Virus record (IMG/VR): IMGVR_UViG_3300017770_000005 | Coordinates: 1-64,000 of that record | Source of the DNA: a virus | Direction: 5' to 3' (one strand) | Length of the DNA stretch: 64,000 nucleotides | Shown here: piece by piece, positions 36,301 to 46,284 of the stretch | Layout of the letters: the number at the start of each line of letters is the position of its first letter | Position numbering within the stretch: the stretch's first letter is position 1 | Program-made: the position numbers and the translations under genes | The notes under the pieces: model-generated | Databases searched by the model: none | The model's input: the letters and a program-made list of their open reading frames with translations, nothing else | Told to the model about the DNA's origin: nothing

Positions 36301-38961
36301 GTATATCACCTAACTGTCGTTAACTCATCAAATACACCAAATGTTGCACCATTTACTGGTGTAAAACTATCACAACCTCTTGATAACTTATATCCAGAGT
36401 ATGATAGAGACAATCCAAACCCTGATCCAGATCCTTCAAGATGTTTTGCTGTTGCTGATCCTATCGGTAAGGTTGTTATTGATGATCCAGAAAAGAGTAT
36501 TACTAAAGAAACAATAATCTCTGCTCTAGAAAATCACGGTGTTGGCATTGCAATTACGGATATTATTTCTGATGATGAACTTCAGGGTTACAGACATACA
36601 GTCTTCACTTCCAGTGATCATGGACTAAACAGAGTTGTAGAAGTTGAGATTGTTGATCCAGGAACCAGTTATGGATCTGGTATTGGTGTAACCGAAAACC
36701 TTTATAACGCAGAACTAATTGGGTATGGTGGATCAATCACTGGTGAAAAAGCAACTGCAAGAGTTCAGGTATCATCTGCTGGTACACTTGCGAGTATTGA
36801 AATTGTTGATGGTGGTTCTGCATATGGTGTAGGAAACACTATGTCTGTTGTTGGTATTGCCACAACAACGGGACACCTTTCAGGATCTGTAAGAGTAACT
36901 AAAGTCTACAGTAACGTCGGTGATTCTATCAGTATTGAAAGAGTTAGTAATCTTTATAAAGGATATAATACTACATATCAAATTAATGATATTAGTGTTG
37001 GAGAAATTAATAGTTTTGATGTAGTTTCTTCAACTCCTGTGGGTATTGGTTCTACAATCAGTGGAATTGGTCAATTAAATGCAATAGATGCATTTGCATA
37101 TCTAAACGGACCAGCATTTAATATCACAGGTGCTAATTTCACTCCAGCGACTGGTATTGCTACATTTACTACGGGTCTCAATCCTCATGGATTGCAAGTT
37201 AACGATAAGATTTATATTGGTGGTGCAACAGGAAATAGTGAACACTTTAATGGTGAATTCTTAATTCGGAGAGTTGATTCTCTCATTGATCTTGTTGTCA
37301 ACGTTGGAGTTTCAACATTAGCAGCAATTACTCTTGGTGGATCTCCTGCACTATATCCAACTACTTTGGGTGCTAAAGGTGGAGAAATTACTAGAGGTGA
37401 TGAAAGTTTTAGTAGTAGACTTTCAATTCCATATGGTAATCTTTATGGAAGTCTTGCATTGGCAATGACGAAACTTGATTCTACAATGAATATTACCGAT
37501 CTAGATGGTTTAGATCTAGATATTGGTGACTTTATTCTTGTCGATAGTGAAATCATGAGGGTCAAGCAAACTGTGACTGGGAATCCAGTTCAGGTTTATA
37601 GAGGTCTCTTAGGAACACAGGCAGATGCACATATTAGTGGATCAGCATTTAGAAGAATTGATGCAAAACCAGTAGAACTAAGAAGACATTCTATTATTCG
37701 TGCTTCTGGTCATACGTTTGAATATCTTGGTTATGGTCCTGGCAACTACTCTACTGCATTCCCAGATCGTCATGATCGTCAACTAAGTGCATCAGAAGAA
37801 GTTCTTTCCCAATCATTCCAAGAAGAAGGTGGATTTGTTGTTTACACTGGCATGAACAGTGATGGTGACTTCTATATCTCCAATAAGAGAGTCATTACTA
37901 CCGCAGGTGATGAAGAAGTATTCTCCACACCACGTCCAAGATTTAGGGGTGAATCTAAGCAGATTCCAGATACTAAACTAGGATTTAATGTTATTAAAGC
38001 ATCTGAAGTTAATGTCTCCGATGCTGTAAGAGTTGATGGTGGTGATAGTAAAACTACTATTTCACAGTTTGATGGTCCACTTCTTGTTAATAACAAACTT
38101 ACCGTTACTTCAAACAAAGGACTAGAATCACCAAGTCTATTCTTACAAGGTAATGAGACGGTTTCTAGAAAGTATACTGTAGGTGTTACCCAACCAGCAT
38201 CTTCTGTAGAACTTGTCGGAGAAGGTGCAGGAAACCCAGGTGATATTATCTTCAACGGCAACCCATTCAGAGGTCAAAATGCTGGTTGGTGCTACACAAC
38301 TGACAATGATTGGTATCCTTGGGGTGCTATTTCCAATAAAACAGATAGATTCGAGATTGGTGGATACTTCATCGGTACATTTACTGGTGATGGTGCTGGT
38401 CTCTATGACGTGTCTGATATTTGGCAAATTGATGCTACTGGTATTCACACCACTCGTAATGTAGGTTTTGGTTCTACAAATAGTTCCAAACCAGACATTG
38501 CCATGTACGTTCAAGGCAATGCAGAAATCAGAGGCACCATGAAGGTGTTTGAAATCATTGAAAATACTACCCTAGATAATGCTACAGTTATTGGTATTGG
38601 TACTACAGTTATTGAAGTTGACTTGGATAGATCTTCTATCTACTACTTCACACAAGATGCTGGTGCTAACTGGGCAGTGAACATGAGAGCACGTGCAGGA
38701 CTCGCATTGACTGAATTCCTAGAAGTTAGTGAGTCTATTACACTTGCTATCACTACGAAACAGGGTCCGACACCATACTATAATGATGAAGTTTATATTG
38801 ATGATATCAGAATGTCTCCAAGATACTATGGTTCATTGGCTATAAATACTGGAAATGCAAACAGTTTAGATCTATATACATATGTGTTGGTCAGGAAATC
38901 TAATACTGGTGATCCAGTAGTTGACTTTGATGTTCTATACTCACAATCTCAATATCAATAA
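33400..38961 (+). CDS. Large virion structural protein (baseplate/fibre-associated), 1853 aa
   Basis: PFKTIQRAL and beta-helix-like N-terminal region, V.I..PG.GY repeats; ATAAATA at 33364. Confidence 0.8.
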   Translation: MGLSRLDNFLKSTKGEILYVDPSSLDSTDSIENKGNSLARPFKTIQRALLEASRFSYQAGENNDRFGKTTILLYPGEHIVDNRPGWIPIQDQVPNTYRLRSGTTSDDFPPLDVNSNFDLDSPNNALYKLNSVHGGVIIPRGTSLVGLDLRKTKIIPKYVPNPENDQIARSAIFRVTGACYMWQFSIFDGDQTGTVYKDYTTNAFVPNFSHHKLTVFEYADGVNPVTINDDFLVYTDTNTDLEMYYQKVGFAYGKPSGREVSPDYPSDTLDIEPKVDEYRIVGSTGAEVGITSIKSGDGALATTEITVTLENSVPGLDVNTPIRIQGIADQGYDGLFAVFEVLSPTEVKYQVSVPPNNPLPASTSGATLNISVDTVTSASPYIFNISLRSVFGMCGLHADGSKATGFKSMVLAQFTGIGLQKDDNAFVKYNPTTGLYEGTLAAGNENIHTDSDARFKPEYENFHIKCSNNSLLQIVSVFAIGFNNHFLLESGGDASITNSNSNFGAKALVSRGFRPDAFPRDDIGYISHIVAPKEIESVKAGIEFLGIDVGVSTAVGIATTSKLFLYEENNFDIPPATVIDGYRVGSNKDEALKVLLAEGNEITTYHSKVVMPNTEGTSDEKISEKIHKVKQTAGVNVIVSNTFTLVGNHSFLNGETVRIISENGGLPDGVEEERVYYVITTAIAPNPALGANQLKLAATLNDANNDIPITLNNTGGILNIVSRVSDKSAGDLGHPVQWDGLKSQWYINVSTGSTGASIYKQLYDRGVAELGETTPRTFVLRKPTDRNIEASIYKMRYVLPKDSPTLGRPPVDGFIIQESNNVDGVSNSEVEKYLSFDSQTLSNSTEFRNFKFIADAEWSSVDSKATIRTEMPHNLTAGSEVEITNTFSGFNTTGRINSGFNGTFIVDSIVSRKEFKVNILTNPGDLTSDTSIRNQDLPKVKKKKHDGTFVVYKSDEVQRYVQNEQDGVYHLTVVNSSNTPNVAPFTGVKLSQPLDNLYPEYDRDNPNPDPDPSRCFAVADPIGKVVIDDPEKSITKETIISALENHGVGIAITDIISDDELQGYRHTVFTSSDHGLNRVVEVEIVDPGTSYGSGIGVTENLYNAELIGYGGSITGEKATARVQVSSAGTLASIEIVDGGSAYGVGNTMSVVGIATTTGHLSGSVRVTKVYSNVGDSISIERVSNLYKGYNTTYQINDISVGEINSFDVVSSTPVGIGSTISGIGQLNAIDAFAYLNGPAFNITGANFTPATGIATFTTGLNPHGLQVNDKIYIGGATGNSEHFNGEFLIRRVDSLIDLVVNVGVSTLAAITLGGSPALYPTTLGAKGGEITRGDESFSSRLSIPYGNLYGSLALAMTKLDSTMNITDLDGLDLDIGDFILVDSEIMRVKQTVTGNPVQVYRGLLGTQADAHISGSAFRRIDAKPVELRRHSIIRASGHTFEYLGYGPGNYSTAFPDRHDRQLSASEEVLSQSFQEEGGFVVYTGMNSDGDFYISNKRVITTAGDEEVFSTPRPRFRGESKQIPDTKLGFNVIKASEVNVSDAVRVDGGDSKTTISQFDGPLLVNNKLTVTSNKGLESPSLFLQGNETVSRKYTVGVTQPASSVELVGEGAGNPGDIIFNGNPFRGQNAGWCYTTDNDWYPWGAISNKTDRFEIGGYFIGTFTGDGAGLYDVSDIWQIDATGIHTTRNVGFGSTNSSKPDIAMYVQGNAEIRGTMKVFEIIENTTLDNATVIGIGTTVIEVDLDRSSIYYFTQDAGANWAVNMRARAGLALTEFLEVSESITLAITTKQGPTPYYNDEVYIDDIRMSPRYYGSLAINTGNANSLDLYTYVLVRKSNTGDPVVDFDVLYSQSQYQ

Positions 38962-38982
38962 TATATTCGGAGGATTATATAA

Positions 38983-41900
38983 ATGCCTTTAATTGGTGCT
39001 CAGGGTCCTGGATCTAATATTGCGTGGAGAGGTAATCTGGATGAATATCCAGATTCATTTAGTTTTGTAGAAATTCTTGAAGTATTTCCAGGAACAGCTG
39101 CTACTTGTACTCCACAAGTTATTACAGGTATTAACTATAAAGCACTGGTAACAGCAGTTGGTTCTGGTGCTTCAGTAAGAGTTACTCCATATATTGAAGA
39201 AACTGATTCTTATGGACCAGTGGGACCATTCCTACCTGGTGATGATGTTAACAATAACCCTGTCATCATCAGAAATAAGGATAAAATTGAGATTGAAATA
39301 CTTACTGAGTCACCACAAGTTGGTGGTAGAGGATCATTTAACAGGACATATCCTGCAAATATTACTATTGGTAAAAGAGGTCCAGAAGGTTGGTTTATTA
39401 AAACAAGGGATTTGGATGATATTCCAATCCCATTTGATTTTGTAGATCTTAATAATCTTCAAATTAATACTCTTGTTAATAGTGATGTTGTAACAGTTGA
39501 TGATATTGATAATACTATTGGTGTAGATATTTTTATTGTTGGTACAGGACAACTCCAAGTAAATGGAAATGGAACCTGGACGCAAACCGCAAAGATTTTT
39601 GATGGGCAGACTCTACAGTTAAGAAACACCACATCAAATTTTTATTCCACTCAAGTAGAAACAGTTGTTCAAATCGGTGTTTTCCAGGCTAATTGGTTAA
39701 TCCAAACTAGACCAGCAGATACTACAATTGTCGATTTTACGTTTAATGATATCGTTGATGTAGATATTAATACAATACATGAAAGTAATTCAATCACTAT
39801 CAGTGGTGCAGATAATAATTTAAATGGAAATAATCCATTACCTCTTACTTTCAGTGGTAATGGTCAGTATAGAATCGTCAGAGGTGGTTCTACAGTACAA
39901 GACTATACAGATGTATCACCATCCACTTGTAATAATGGTGATATAATTACCCTAAAGCAGACAGCATCTGGTAATTATGTTGCAACAACTAATGCGACAT
40001 TAACTGTTGCGAATCAGTCAGACACTTATTCTGTAACAACTCGACCAAGACCGATTGATACAGTTCCAAATCAATATACTTTTACTGATCAAACTGGTGT
40101 ACTTAGAAATGAATTGATTTATAGCAACATAATTACCCTATCAGGTATGACTGCTTTTGGTGATGAAGGTACTGCTACTATTGGTGGGTTTGATGGAGCA
40201 CGATATCAAGTTACTAGAAATGGAACAGTAGTAAGAAGTTGGACTAAAAACTCATTTGGAGTTCAACTTGGTGATCAAATTCAATTAAGATTGACATCTG
40301 CAACAACATCTCAAGGCACTAGAAGTGCAACGTTTACTATTGCTGGTACAAATACATTTAACGTTATTGGTGGAGTTAGTGGATCTACATCAGATACTTG
40401 GAATGTAACATCAAAGGCAAGAGATTGTAGTATCACAAGTTTTAGTCTCACAAATATACCAGAATCATCATCTACACTAAATCCTGGTCAGCAGGCAAGT
40501 ACAAACTTTACAATTGGTGGGGGTTTTGAATTTGATTGTGCAGTTTCTGCAACTACATCTAATGCCAACTCATTCCTTAGAAAGAGAGGAACTACTCAGC
40601 AAGGTACAACATTAAACAATCTTGTTCGTGGAGATATCATCGATGTCTACATGACAACTCCATACTTCTGTAGCACTAGAACTACAACAGTAAGTTTGTC
40701 TGCAGCATTTACAACTCCTGGATCAGTTAGGTCTACTACTTGGGTAATATCACCAAAGGCACCACCAAAACCAACATTAACATTATCTGCAGATAACCTC
40801 AATCCACCGTTTGTCTTCCCAGATGGAGGAAGCACTACAATTAGATATTCATACACTCATGTTACAAATAGTTCAGTAACTGCCACTGGTCCTGGTGGAT
40901 TTAGTGGGTTGAATAGTATTCCAGTTACGACTCTAGGTGCTCAAACAAAGAGTGGAAGTAGAAATGTATCAGATTTATTGCAAGGACAAAGTACATTTAG
41001 GTTAACTGTATCTAATTGTACTGGAAGCACACAAGAATCAATTAATGTTATTACTGGAGCTCCACCAAATCCAACATTATTCTTCTGTGTTAATAGAACT
41101 GCTGTAAATGGTTGCCCCACTACATTTAACTTAGCTAGAGGTGGTAGTGCAACTTTGTATTGGTCATCATCCAATGCAATTAAAGTAGAAGCTGTACGTG
41201 GATCGGGATTTAGTACAGGAAATAGACAATCTGGAAATGACTCAGTTAAACCTTCATCTGACGGTGAAATTTATACTGCAAAGGCAACTGGTGCAGGTGT
41301 ATCACCACAGACAGTTTCAAAGAGTATTACCTTTAGATTTAAACCATCAGTAACTCTTACCGTATCTCCAGCAAATGTAATTACTGGTAATAATGTAACT
41401 GTTACATGGAGTGCTGTTGATGCTGATAGTGTAACATCTAGTAGTGGACCAAGTTTTAATAGTATTAGTGCATTATCTGGTAGTCAAACAATCAACATGG
41501 GTACTAGAGGTAATTATAATTGGTCAATTAGTGTTAAAGATAATGGAACTGGTGAAACGGCAACTGCTAGTGACTCAACACGAGTAACTGATGACACAAC
41601 TATTGATAATTATAGTATGAGTCCATCAAGTGAAACTAACCGAAATCTTGGTGAAAGAAGAGAATCCGAACCAAGGTTCAGTGCTTCTCCCACAAATTCT
41701 GTTCATGGACTATCTCCTGGTGTTTCTGTAACTGCCAGAGTTAGTGGTGGTGGTGCTACATTCGTCAGTGGAGGAACCACAAAAACTGTATCTAATGGTA
41801 CTTCTTGTAGTAGTTTAAGAATTAAGATGAATGCATCTGGTTCTTTCAGCACCACAAAAACTGCTACAATGAACATTGGTGGAGTTAGTAGAACTTTCTC

Positions 41901-42993
41901 AGTAAGAACAAAATCTTGTACGGTAGAAAATGGTACTGGAACTGTTGGTGGATGTACATTAAGGACCAGAAGATTTATCAACAATCATGGTATTAATATC
42001 ATGGGGGTTAGAGGTATGGATTCTTGTGCTGGAACCACTGGTGGAAGAAGAGAACAGAGAACTTCAGGAGTTATAGATAGATTTTCAAATCAAAAGAATT
42101 CAACATTTACACTACCTCAAGGAACTTCAAGAGTAGAAGCAAAAGGAGTTGGTGGTGGTGGTGGAGCTGGATGCGACAGAAACGATAGAGATGAAGGTGC
42201 TGGTGGTGGTGGAGGAGGTGGATCCTTCAATGTAGAATGGAACCAAGCAGAGGGTGGAGATACAGTTACATTCTGGGCTGGTAGAGGTGGTAACGGTAAG
42301 AGTGGTGATAATGGTGATGGAGAAAGTGGAGAAAGTTCTTTCATTGAAATTAGAGGATCTCGCCAAAGAAGCAGAGCAAATGGTGGCGGTGGTGGAGGAG
42401 GTAATGAAAGCGGCGGAGGAGGCGGCGGAGGTGGACAAGGAAATGGTTCCTCTGGCCGTGGTGGTGGTGGAAGAAGAGGTGATGAAGGTGGACATGGTGG
42501 TGGTGCCGCTCGTCTAAATGGTGGGCAATGTTCAAATGGATATGCAGATTCTGGTTCAAAATCATGTGATCAAGGTGGTCCAGGACAAGGAACAGACCAA
42601 AGTGGTGGTTGTGGAGGAAACAATCGTCAAGAAAGAGGAACTGAAGAAGGTTGGTCTGGAAACACTTATGGTGGTGGTGGATCTGGAGGTGGATGTGGAA
42701 ATGGTGGTGGCAGAGGTGCAGATGGACTCTGCGTTATTCAATATTATATTGAATTTTCAAGAGAAAGAAAAGCAGACGTTATAAAAAGGGTTAATAGAGC
42801 ATATTGGGATGACCAAAATAGACCAGCAACTGTTGGTGAAATTAGAGTTTGGTATCAAAGATTTAGAGATGACCCCAATAACTATCCCACTTTAGATTCA
42901 ATGTACAATACTATTAAGAGTAATCTTTCTGGATCAAAGAGTGGTGGAAATCCAAGAGACAACTGTGGAAATTCCTATCCAAAATTTACATAA
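38983..42993 (+). CDS. Tail fibre/adhesin-like protein with Ig-like repeats and Gly-rich C-terminal domain
   Basis: Repeated D..P..F.F.D modules, Thr/Ser-rich; GGGGGG..G.GG.G domain. Confidence 0.75.
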   Translation: MPLIGAQGPGSNIAWRGNLDEYPDSFSFVEILEVFPGTAATCTPQVITGINYKALVTAVGSGASVRVTPYIEETDSYGPVGPFLPGDDVNNNPVIIRNKDKIEIEILTESPQVGGRGSFNRTYPANITIGKRGPEGWFIKTRDLDDIPIPFDFVDLNNLQINTLVNSDVVTVDDIDNTIGVDIFIVGTGQLQVNGNGTWTQTAKIFDGQTLQLRNTTSNFYSTQVETVVQIGVFQANWLIQTRPADTTIVDFTFNDIVDVDINTIHESNSITISGADNNLNGNNPLPLTFSGNGQYRIVRGGSTVQDYTDVSPSTCNNGDIITLKQTASGNYVATTNATLTVANQSDTYSVTTRPRPIDTVPNQYTFTDQTGVLRNELIYSNIITLSGMTAFGDEGTATIGGFDGARYQVTRNGTVVRSWTKNSFGVQLGDQIQLRLTSATTSQGTRSATFTIAGTNTFNVIGGVSGSTSDTWNVTSKARDCSITSFSLTNIPESSSTLNPGQQASTNFTIGGGFEFDCAVSATTSNANSFLRKRGTTQQGTTLNNLVRGDIIDVYMTTPYFCSTRTTTVSLSAAFTTPGSVRSTTWVISPKAPPKPTLTLSADNLNPPFVFPDGGSTTIRYSYTHVTNSSVTATGPGGFSGLNSIPVTTLGAQTKSGSRNVSDLLQGQSTFRLTVSNCTGSTQESINVITGAPPNPTLFFCVNRTAVNGCPTTFNLARGGSATLYWSSSNAIKVEAVRGSGFSTGNRQSGNDSVKPSSDGEIYTAKATGAGVSPQTVSKSITFRFKPSVTLTVSPANVITGNNVTVTWSAVDADSVTSSSGPSFNSISALSGSQTINMGTRGNYNWSISVKDNGTGETATASDSTRVTDDTTIDNYSMSPSSETNRNLGERRESEPRFSASPTNSVHGLSPGVSVTARVSGGGATFVSGGTTKTVSNGTSCSSLRIKMNASGSFSTTKTATMNIGGVSRTFSVRTKSCTVENGTGTVGGCTLRTRRFINNHGINIMGVRGMDSCAGTTGGRREQRTSGVIDRFSNQKNSTFTLPQGTSRVEAKGVGGGGGAGCDRNDRDEGAGGGGGGGSFNVEWNQAEGGDTVTFWAGRGGNGKSGDNGDGESGESSFIEIRGSRQRSRANGGGGGGGNESGGGGGGGGQGNGSSGRGGGGRRGDEGGHGGGAARLNGGQCSNGYADSGSKSCDQGGPGQGTDQSGGCGGNNRQERGTEEGWSGNTYGGGGSGGGCGNGGGRGADGLCVIQYYIEFSRERKADVIKRVNRAYWDDQNRPATVGEIRVWYQRFRDDPNNYPTLDSMYNTIKSNLSGSKSGGNPRDNCGNSYPKFT

Positions 42994-43044
42994 ATAGGAT
43001 TAGTAAAAAATAAATTGGGGGGAGAGTGAACCCCAGGAGAATCG

Positions 43045-46000
43045 ATGGGTATTAACAAGAATTTTGTCGTTCGTAACGGTCTTGAAGTTGCGAACACCTT
43101 GTTATATGCAAATGATGAAACTAATCGTATTGGTATTAATTCAGGAACACCCGAACATGAATTGGATGTTGTTGGTGATACCTCACTAGACGGTAAGATC
43201 TTTTCACCAGTATCATTTGGTGGAACTAGTGGTGTAACTGGGCAATATCTTGCATCAACTGGAGAAAAGTGGAAATGGGAATCATTTCCCAGGTCCAGAC
43301 ATACAGAAATATTTACTCTTACTGCAGGACAAACTAGATTACCTCCCACTGGAAGTTTCGGAACTTTTATACTTACAGAAACCGAACTAACCAGTGTATT
43401 CCTTGATGGTGTAAAACTTACTGACGGTGACTATGTAATTAACCCTGGTGGTGGATCAATCTCACTATTTGCTCCAGCATTTGGTGGTGAAGAGGTAGAA
43501 CTTATTGGTCATGGTGCTGTTGCTGTTGGTGCAGGAAATACTGGTATCCTTGGTATTTCTGTTAGAAAAGCAGGTATTGATAGTGGCACTGCTGGTAGAA
43601 TTAATATTATTGATTTTGTTGGTCTAGGTGTTACTCTAGATTCACAATCGGGTTTAGTTACAGCATACATCGACTCTGGTGGTCTAACTGCTGTTATCAA
43701 TGACCCATCACCAACACTTGGTGGTTTCTTAAACTTAAATAATTATGGTATTGCTGGTGTAGGTGTTGTCACCGCAACAGAATTTTATGGTGATGGTGCT
43801 AATATCACTGGTATTTCTACTCTTAATATTACTGGATATGGCATTGGATTGGGTGGAGGTTCCAATGCTGGTGCATCTGGAGTATTTGGTGAGGTAAATG
43901 ATGACTCTGCTGTTGGTATCTTCACTGACAGTGCTGCAGTTGGTCTTGGCACAACAAATCCACGAGTCCAAGTAGAAATTGGAAATAGTCAGGGAGAAGT
44001 TGCTGGATTAGGAACTAATCTTTGGGTTAATGGTGATGCAAGAATTACTGGTATTCTAACTGTTGGTTCATCCAGTATTGCAATTGATGGTGTCAATGAT
44101 GAGATTAGAATTGGTGCTGGTTTCACACTGTCTGCAGATACAATCACTCAAACTGCAAACCTACAAATCACTGGTATTGTTACTGCAACTGGATTCGATG
44201 GTGACTTAGTTGGTCAACATAAAGTCTTCACTGCAGGTGTATCTAATGATGATGATTATGATATTGCACTATTCCTCGATCCAGAGCAAGGTGCTCATAC
44301 ATTCAATAGATTTGATCTAGGAGGAAAACTAAGATATAACCCAAATTCTGGTCAACTTTCAAACTTAGGTGTTACAAGTACCCGTGGAGTATTAGTTACT
44401 GCTGGTGCAACGTTTACTGATGAAGTTCAGTTCCAAGGTAATATTCAACTTGGAAATAATGATCAAGCAATCTTTGGTGCAGGTAATGACCTAAGAATTT
44501 ACTTTGATGGTACAAATAGTTACATTCAAGATCAAGGTAGTGGTGGACTTAATATTGATGCAAGTCCATCGGTTACGATTGGACAGTATGGAACTGCTGC
44601 AGAAATGGCATCCTTTAGAGTGGGTGCTGGTGTAAGTCTCTTCCATAATAATTCTAAGAAGTTTGAAACTACTTCAGATGGTATTGATGTAACTGGCAAA
44701 GTAACTGCAGATGACGACATACAATCAGTTAGTGGTAATCAGACAGCAACAATAACAGGTAGTGATGATACCAAAAATGATCCAGAATTAGTTCTGTACA
44801 CAGATAATACATCTGAATTTAGAGGTTCAAGAGTTGAACTTTTAAACTCTTCAAATGGAACTCAGTTAGCACATTTAAATAATACATCAAGTGCTGGTGG
44901 TGGACAATATTTTGCCATAGAAAAAACTGATAATGCTGGTGTTTTCCAGCAACAGATGGTAATCTACTCTTATCTAAATGATGAGTGGGTGTTTAAAACT
45001 GGTTCTGCGGAAGTTGAAAGTCTCACTATCAATAATGGTCAGGTTGGTATTGGAACAACAGTTATTACTGATACTCTAACAGTTGATGGTAATATAAGAG
45101 CTACTGGAATTAGTTCTGCATTATCATTCTCTGGATCAGGTATTGGTCTAACTGGAATGGTTGATGTTGCAGATGGAACCTATGGTGGTTCTACTGTATC
45201 ACCACAGATAGAGGTGACTGATGGAAGAATTACTGGCATCACTGCAACTCTCATCTCTGGAGGAGGTGGAGGAGGCGGTGGTGGAGGCACCGAAGTCATC
45301 ATTGAAGATAATGATAGTCTTGTAGGTACTGCTGGAACAATTAACTTTGGTTCTGGAATTTCTGTATCCTCTTCAACTGCTGGTGTTGTTACTGTTACTG
45401 CTGCATCTGCAGAGGTCATCAATGACACCACACCACAACTTGGTGGTAACTTAGATCTCAATAGCAGAACCATTAACGGAACTGGTAATATTAACATTAC
45501 TGGTAGTTCACGTTTCAATGGTCCTGCTACTTGCACCAGTGATCTTGATGTAGATGGTGAGATTAAGGCAGGATCTGGTTGTGTTCCAGATACGGATTTG
45601 GGTGCTTACTTAGGATCTAGTACTGAAAGATGGACTGCTGCTTGGATTGATAATATCGGTATTGGAACAGGAGCTGGTGCATTAATTGCCTCTCACGTAG
45701 GTGATCTTTCTATCAGTTGCAATGAATCTACTGGAATTGTATCAGTATCTACAGATATTAATGTTTCTGGTGTTGTCACTGCAACAGCATTCTATGGTGA
45801 TGGATCAAATCTAACTGGTATTGTTGCTGGTGGTGGAAGTGGAACTGGATACTTCGATAACAACCAATCTAATCCTGGTATACATACAACAGCAGCTCAT
45901 GTTGGTCTCGGAACTACCAATCCAAGAACACCTCTACAAGTTGAAGAAGTCTATGGTGTCTACACAGACTATGGATCATTCACAGCAGTTGCAGGTGTTA

Positions 46001-46284
46001 CAACTATAGGTGATGCTTCTTGGGTGATTGCAACGGATGACTTTAAAACTGCAGAATATACACTGTACTTCAAATATAATGATAACATCCAATCACAGAA
46101 AGTTCTATTGATGAACGATGGGACAACTGCATATTCTCAAGAGTATGCGATTATGTATAATAATGACCTTCTAGTTTCGGTAGGTGCTACTGTTAATTCT
46201 GGAACTTGTGAATTACAATGGACTCCAGAACCAGGAGTAAGTGGTATAGTCACATATAGAGTAGTAAGGGAGACAATGCTCTGA
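43045..46284 (+). CDS. Tail fibre-like structural protein
   Basis: KNFVVRNGLEV start, VG.GTTNP and TAT.F.GDG repeats; ATAAATA at 42990 and AGGAG RBS. Confidence 0.8.
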   Translation: MGINKNFVVRNGLEVANTLLYANDETNRIGINSGTPEHELDVVGDTSLDGKIFSPVSFGGTSGVTGQYLASTGEKWKWESFPRSRHTEIFTLTAGQTRLPPTGSFGTFILTETELTSVFLDGVKLTDGDYVINPGGGSISLFAPAFGGEEVELIGHGAVAVGAGNTGILGISVRKAGIDSGTAGRINIIDFVGLGVTLDSQSGLVTAYIDSGGLTAVINDPSPTLGGFLNLNNYGIAGVGVVTATEFYGDGANITGISTLNITGYGIGLGGGSNAGASGVFGEVNDDSAVGIFTDSAAVGLGTTNPRVQVEIGNSQGEVAGLGTNLWVNGDARITGILTVGSSSIAIDGVNDEIRIGAGFTLSADTITQTANLQITGIVTATGFDGDLVGQHKVFTAGVSNDDDYDIALFLDPEQGAHTFNRFDLGGKLRYNPNSGQLSNLGVTSTRGVLVTAGATFTDEVQFQGNIQLGNNDQAIFGAGNDLRIYFDGTNSYIQDQGSGGLNIDASPSVTIGQYGTAAEMASFRVGAGVSLFHNNSKKFETTSDGIDVTGKVTADDDIQSVSGNQTATITGSDDTKNDPELVLYTDNTSEFRGSRVELLNSSNGTQLAHLNNTSSAGGGQYFAIEKTDNAGVFQQQMVIYSYLNDEWVFKTGSAEVESLTINNGQVGIGTTVITDTLTVDGNIRATGISSALSFSGSGIGLTGMVDVADGTYGGSTVSPQIEVTDGRITGITATLISGGGGGGGGGGTEVIIEDNDSLVGTAGTINFGSGISVSSSTAGVVTVTAASAEVINDTTPQLGGNLDLNSRTINGTGNINITGSSRFNGPATCTSDLDVDGEIKAGSGCVPDTDLGAYLGSSTERWTAAWIDNIGIGTGAGALIASHVGDLSISCNESTGIVSVSTDINVSGVVTATAFYGDGSNLTGIVAGGGSGTGYFDNNQSNPGIHTTAAHVGLGTTNPRTPLQVEEVYGVYTDYGSFTAVAGVTTIGDASWVIATDDFKTAEYTLYFKYNDNIQSQKVLLMNDGTTAYSQEYAIMYNNDLLVSVGATVNSGTCELQWTPEPGVSGIVTYRVVRETML

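Noticed and set aside
42140-42720. GGT/GGA-rich repeats (also near 28735, 45258 and 50795)
   Set aside because: Explained by poly-Gly coding tracts in structural proteins.
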